From Limnothrix sp. BL-A-16 (GTDB taxonomy: Bacteria; Cyanobacteriota; Cyanobacteriia; CACIAM-69d): a DNA stretch of 64,000 nucleotides. This document shows, in pieces, positions 60,659 through 64,000 of the stretch. The stretch spans positions 2,336,001-2,400,000 of the forward strand of contig CP166615.1 in assembly GCA_041937175.2 (NCBI GenBank), given 5' to 3'. Under the pieces are notes generated by a model that saw nothing but the letters and a program-made list of their open reading frames with translations, had not been told where the DNA came from and made no database searches. Numbering within the stretch: position 1 is the first letter of the stretch; the number at the start of each line of letters is the position of its first letter. A program made the position numbers and the translations under genes.

Positions 60659-61465
60659 ATGGCGGTTGGAATGTGGCAAAAAGCAGGGCGATCGGGCGTT
60701 GCTCGACAACTTCGCGGCGTGTTGGGGATCGTGAGTAGCCCCTTGCTTGGCCTGCTGCTGGGGCTGCTGTTGTGGTGGGTGCTCACGTCCCCGCTGTTGC
60801 ATCCCGGCGCGATCGTGGGGGACTTTTCACCAGAAAAATCGCTCACCACCGTCCTGAAACTGCTGGGTGACGGCACTTTGGAACCCCACATTGGCGCAAG
60901 TTTACGGCGTGTCGTGATTGGCTTAGCCACCGCCGCCCTGATTGGGATTCCCGTTGGCATTGCCCTGGGGCTGTGGCGGCCCCTGGAGCAGGGCACGTCT
61001 ATTCTGTTCCAGTTTGTGCGGATGGTGTCGCCCCTGTCTTGGATGCCGCTGGCGGTGATGGCCTTCGGGATTGGGGATGCGCCCGTGTACTTTCTGCTCA
61101 CCGTGGCGGCGGTTTGGCCCGTGTTGCTGAATGCGGCGGCGGGAGTGCATAGCGTCGATCGGCGCTGGTTGTTGCTAGCCCGCAGCCTTTGTGCAACCCG
61201 TTGGGAGGTGATTGGCCGGGTCATTTTGCCCGCGATCGGGCCACATCTCCTGGTGGGGCTACGCCTCGCGGTCGGCGTGATTTGGATCGTGTTAGTGCCC
61301 GCCGAAATGTTAGGGGTTAGCTCAGGCTTGGGCTACTTCATTTTGGACACGCGCGATCGCTTGGCCTATAGCGAGTTGATGGCGGCCATTTTGACCATTG
61401 GCGCGATCGGCTATGGGCTGGATGCCGGGTTGCGATCGCTCAATCGCCTCACCCATTATTCCTAG
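60659..61465 (+). CDS. ABC importer permease (SsuC/NrtB-like)
   Basis: SLRRV..G, RMVSPLSWMPL, EAA-like loop ARSLCAT, LVPAEMLG.SSGLGY. Confidence 0.93.
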   Translation: MAVGMWQKAGRSGVARQLRGVLGIVSSPLLGLLLGLLLWWVLTSPLLHPGAIVGDFSPEKSLTTVLKLLGDGTLEPHIGASLRRVVIGLATAALIGIPVGIALGLWRPLEQGTSILFQFVRMVSPLSWMPLAVMAFGIGDAPVYFLLTVAAVWPVLLNAAAGVHSVDRRWLLLARSLCATRWEVIGRVILPAIGPHLLVGLRLAVGVIWIVLVPAEMLGVSSGLGYFILDTRDRLAYSELMAAILTIGAIGYGLDAGLRSLNRLTHYS

Positions 61466-61617
61466 TCCCTGTTGATAGAATTCAGTCAAGCCATAGTCAG
61501 TGAAACCACAAAGAAACTGTGATGTTTAGGCTGATTCTTTTTTGGACATTCTGAATAGCTAATTTCAGAAAAATTTTGAATGATTGCAACAAACCTCAAT
61601 CCTCAATTCTAAATATC

Positions 61618-61977
61618 ATGAGTATTCAAGAAATCATTTCAGGACAAGCAATTTCAGAAATCACACCCGAGACACTCGACCAATGGTTGAAGACTCAAAA
61701 AATCACCTTAATCGATGTGCGAGAATTTCAGGAATTTGAGACAGAGCATATTGCTGGCGCTGTTTTGCAACCCTTGAGTCAACTGAACGGGTTAGATTGG
61801 AGCGCTGAATTGGGAACGGTGGTGTTATATTGCCGCAGCGGCAGACGATCGGCTGAAGGAGGTCAACGACTCTTGCGCGATCGCAATCTACCGTTGGTGC
61901 ATCTGAGAGGAGGAATTTTAGCTTGGAAAGCAGCGGGTTATCCAACCGTCGTGAAGAATGAAAGCGATTCAATTTAG
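61618..61977 (+). CDS. Single-domain rhodanese
   Basis: LIDVRE..EF..EHIAGA, active-site loop YCRSGRRS, LRGGILAW. Confidence 0.9.
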   Translation: MSIQEIISGQAISEITPETLDQWLKTQKITLIDVREFQEFETEHIAGAVLQPLSQLNGLDWSAELGTVVLYCRSGRRSAEGGQRLLRDRNLPLVHLRGGILAWKAAGYPTVVKNESDSI

Positions 61978-64000
61978 TTCTGCAAAGTCATTTAATTTTG
62001 GAGAGGCAAGTCACCAAAATCCTGAATGGGATGGTGAAGAATCTGAATTTGGCACTTCACTCAAAATTGGGGTGTTAGCCAACCGAGGATTAAAGATTGC
62101 TGAGTCCATGTGGCAACCAACGGCTGATTATTTATCGGCCGTTGTTTCTGGTCGCGAATTTACAATGGTTCCCCTCAGCTTTGATGATATTCATCAAGCC
62201 ATTGCCAGCCAATCCGTACAGTTTGCCATTGTTAATCCGGGGCTGTATGTGGAGTTTGAAACACAATTTGGCCTGAACCGAATTGCCACTTTGAAAACGC
62301 TGCAATTGGGAAAACCGGCAACGGAATTTGGCGGCGCAATTTTTAGTCGGCGCGATCGCCTGCCCATGACTCAGTTGTCGGATTTGAAGGGGCGATCGGT
62401 GGCGGCGGTGGCGGAAACCTCCCTGGGGGGATGGCGGATGGCGTGGCGGGAATTGGTCGAAGCGGCGATCGATCCCTATCGAGATTTTGCGGCGCTGGAG
62501 TTTTTGGGGAGCCACGATCGGGTGGTGGCCGCCGTGCAATCGGGCCAAGCAGAAGTGGGAATCGTTAGCACCCATGTTTTGGAACAGCTCGCGGGCACGG
62601 GGGCACTGGACTTAAGCACCATTCAAATTCTGCCGCCTCCGGCGATTGTGCCGTCGGAGTTGCCCTTTGCCCTCAGCACTCGGCTTTATCCGGAGTGGCC
62701 CTTTGCCGTTTTGCCCAGGGTTCCTCGGGCGATCGCGGAGGCGGTGACCATTGCGCTGTTGCAGATGCCCGCTGACGCGCCCGCGGCCCAAGCGGCTGGG
62801 GCGGCCGGTTGGACAATTCCCCTGAATTATCAGTCAGTGCATGAATGTTTCCAAGTGCTGCAAGTGCCACCCTATCGGGACTTTGGGCGCACCACGGCGA
62901 GCTTTGCCCTGGCGGTGAAGGGATCCCATGATGGTCTGTGGGATTGGATGGTGGAAACGGGCCGAACGCTGTTTTCTGATCGCTGGGCAGCTTTGTTGGG
63001 CTATCAACCCGCAGACATTCCGCCCCATGTTGATCAATGGTTCGATCGATTGCATCCCGACGATCGCGATCGATTCACTCAGGCCTTAAGCCAATTTTTT
63101 GCCAGCGATCGAACCCAATGGGAGTTGGAATATCGCCTGCGACATCGTGATGGTTCCTATCGCTGGGTGTTGTGCCGAGGAACCTTGCAACGGAACTATC
63201 AAGGGCGACCCTACCGCATGGCCGGTTCCCACACCGATATTACCAATCGTAAACAGGTGGAAGACCAGCTCCGAACGTCCAAAGTCCATTTACAAGAAAA
63301 GGCACAAACCCTGCAAGCCACCTTGCAAGAGTTGCAATCAACCCAACTCCAACTCATTCAGGCAGAAAAAATGTCGAGCCTCGGTCAGTTAGTGGCGGGA
63401 ATTGCCCATGAATTGAATAATCCTGTCAGTTTTATCTATGGCAATATGCGCTATCTCGAAGAGTATGCTTCGGAGCTGGTGAAGATTATTCAACTTCTAA
63501 AAAAACACCAAGAATCGCCTCATTTGCAAGAAGAAATCCTTGATCAACTCGATCTAGATTTTATTCAGACTGACTTACCCAAGCTGATTACCTCAATGAA
63601 GACTGGCACCGATCGCATTCGATCGCTAGCCCTGTCTCTGCGTAATTTTTCAAGGGTTGACGAAGCGGAGATGAAGGCAGTGGACTTACATGAGGGGTTG
63701 GAAAGTACGCTTTTGATTTTGCAGCATCGACTCTTACCCTCTTTAAAGGGCTTAGAGATTCAAATCGATCGCCAATATGGTGATTTGCCGCTGGTGGAGT
63801 GCTATCCCGGGCAAGTGAACCAGGTTTTTATGAACTTACTCAGCAACGCAATTGATGCCCTTGAAAGTCAGTTTCAGCCGTTGGCCTATGGGGTTTCCGA
63901 TCGCGAGGATTCTGTGAAACTCGTTCCCAAAATCACCATTCAAACGGTTGTGGAAGATCATGAGGTGGTGGTTAAAATTACCGATAACGGCACGGGCATT
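61958..64000 (+). CDS. Sensor histidine kinase with N-terminal PhnD-like (TtrS/ThsS-type) binding domain + PAS; 3'-truncated by window edge; absent from ORF track
   Basis: Manual translation from ATG 61958: KIGVLANRG..WQPTADYL, NPGLYVE, FGGAIF, SLGGW, SHDRVV, STRLYPEWPFA, GWTIPLNYQSVH; PAS DGLWDW; EKMSSLGQLVAGIAHELNNP; VNQVFMNLLSNA; DNGTGI. Confidence 0.92.
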   Translation, partial: MKAIQFSSAKSFNFGEASHQNPEWDGEESEFGTSLKIGVLANRGLKIAESMWQPTADYLSAVVSGREFTMVPLSFDDIHQAIASQSVQFAIVNPGLYVEFETQFGLNRIATLKTLQLGKPATEFGGAIFSRRDRLPMTQLSDLKGRSVAAVAETSLGGWRMAWRELVEAAIDPYRDFAALEFLGSHDRVVAAVQSGQAEVGIVSTHVLEQLAGTGALDLSTIQILPPPAIVPSELPFALSTRLYPEWPFAVLPRVPRAIAEAVTIALLQMPADAPAAQAAGAAGWTIPLNYQSVHECFQVLQVPPYRDFGRTTASFALAVKGSHDGLWDWMVETGRTLFSDRWAALLGYQPADIPPHVDQWFDRLHPDDRDRFTQALSQFFASDRTQWELEYRLRHRDGSYRWVLCRGTLQRNYQGRPYRMAGSHTDITNRKQVEDQLRTSKVHLQEKAQTLQATLQELQSTQLQLIQAEKMSSLGQLVAGIAHELNNPVSFIYGNMRYLEEYASELVKIIQLLKKHQESPHLQEEILDQLDLDFIQTDLPKLITSMKTGTDRIRSLALSLRNFSRVDEAEMKAVDLHEGLESTLLILQHRLLPSLKGLEIQIDRQYGDLPLVECYPGQVNQVFMNLLSNAIDALESQFQPLAYGVSDREDSVKLVPKITIQTVVEDHEVVVKITDNGTGI

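Noticed and set aside
1..64000. Very frequent GCGATCGC
   Set aside because: Known cyanobacterial HIP1; used only as a taxonomic and horizontal-transfer marker.

Overview
Chromosomal window (GC visually mid-50s %) from a cyanobacterium: the HIP1 octamer GCGATCGC is very abundant, and psaK, ccsA, pcyA and ycf54 are present. A HetZ-related gene suggests a filamentous strain, possibly Limnothrix-like (inference only). Most of the window is housekeeping or signalling genes: trpF, der, pdxJ, rpsB-tsf, recN, a UvrD helicase, a GAF-GAF-PAS adenylate cyclase, three histidine kinases, an ECF sigma/anti-sigma/Spy operon, ugd/uxs and tRNA-Asn. Three things stand out. (1) A probable sulfur-compound uptake, processing and sensing locus at 55.0-64.0 kb: exported rhodanese, DUF4242 protein, acyl-CoA-dehydrogenase-fold flavoenzyme, ABC importer with a Tat-exported binding protein, single-domain rhodanese, and an apparently soluble TtrS/ThsS-like sensor kinase missing from the ORF track, all preceded by a duplicated operator-like motif. 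(2) Two unrelated short MITE-like families that share one 20-bp palindromic core (CAAGGGGCTTAAGCCCCTTG), which also occurs solo, serves as insertion target, and underlies a chimera and tandem arrays. (3) A small defence-like islet: DUF433 antitoxin, truncated PIN toxin and a NACHT-HEAT gene with a compositionally foreign C-terminal half. No CRISPR array, rRNA gene or autonomous transposase was seen.
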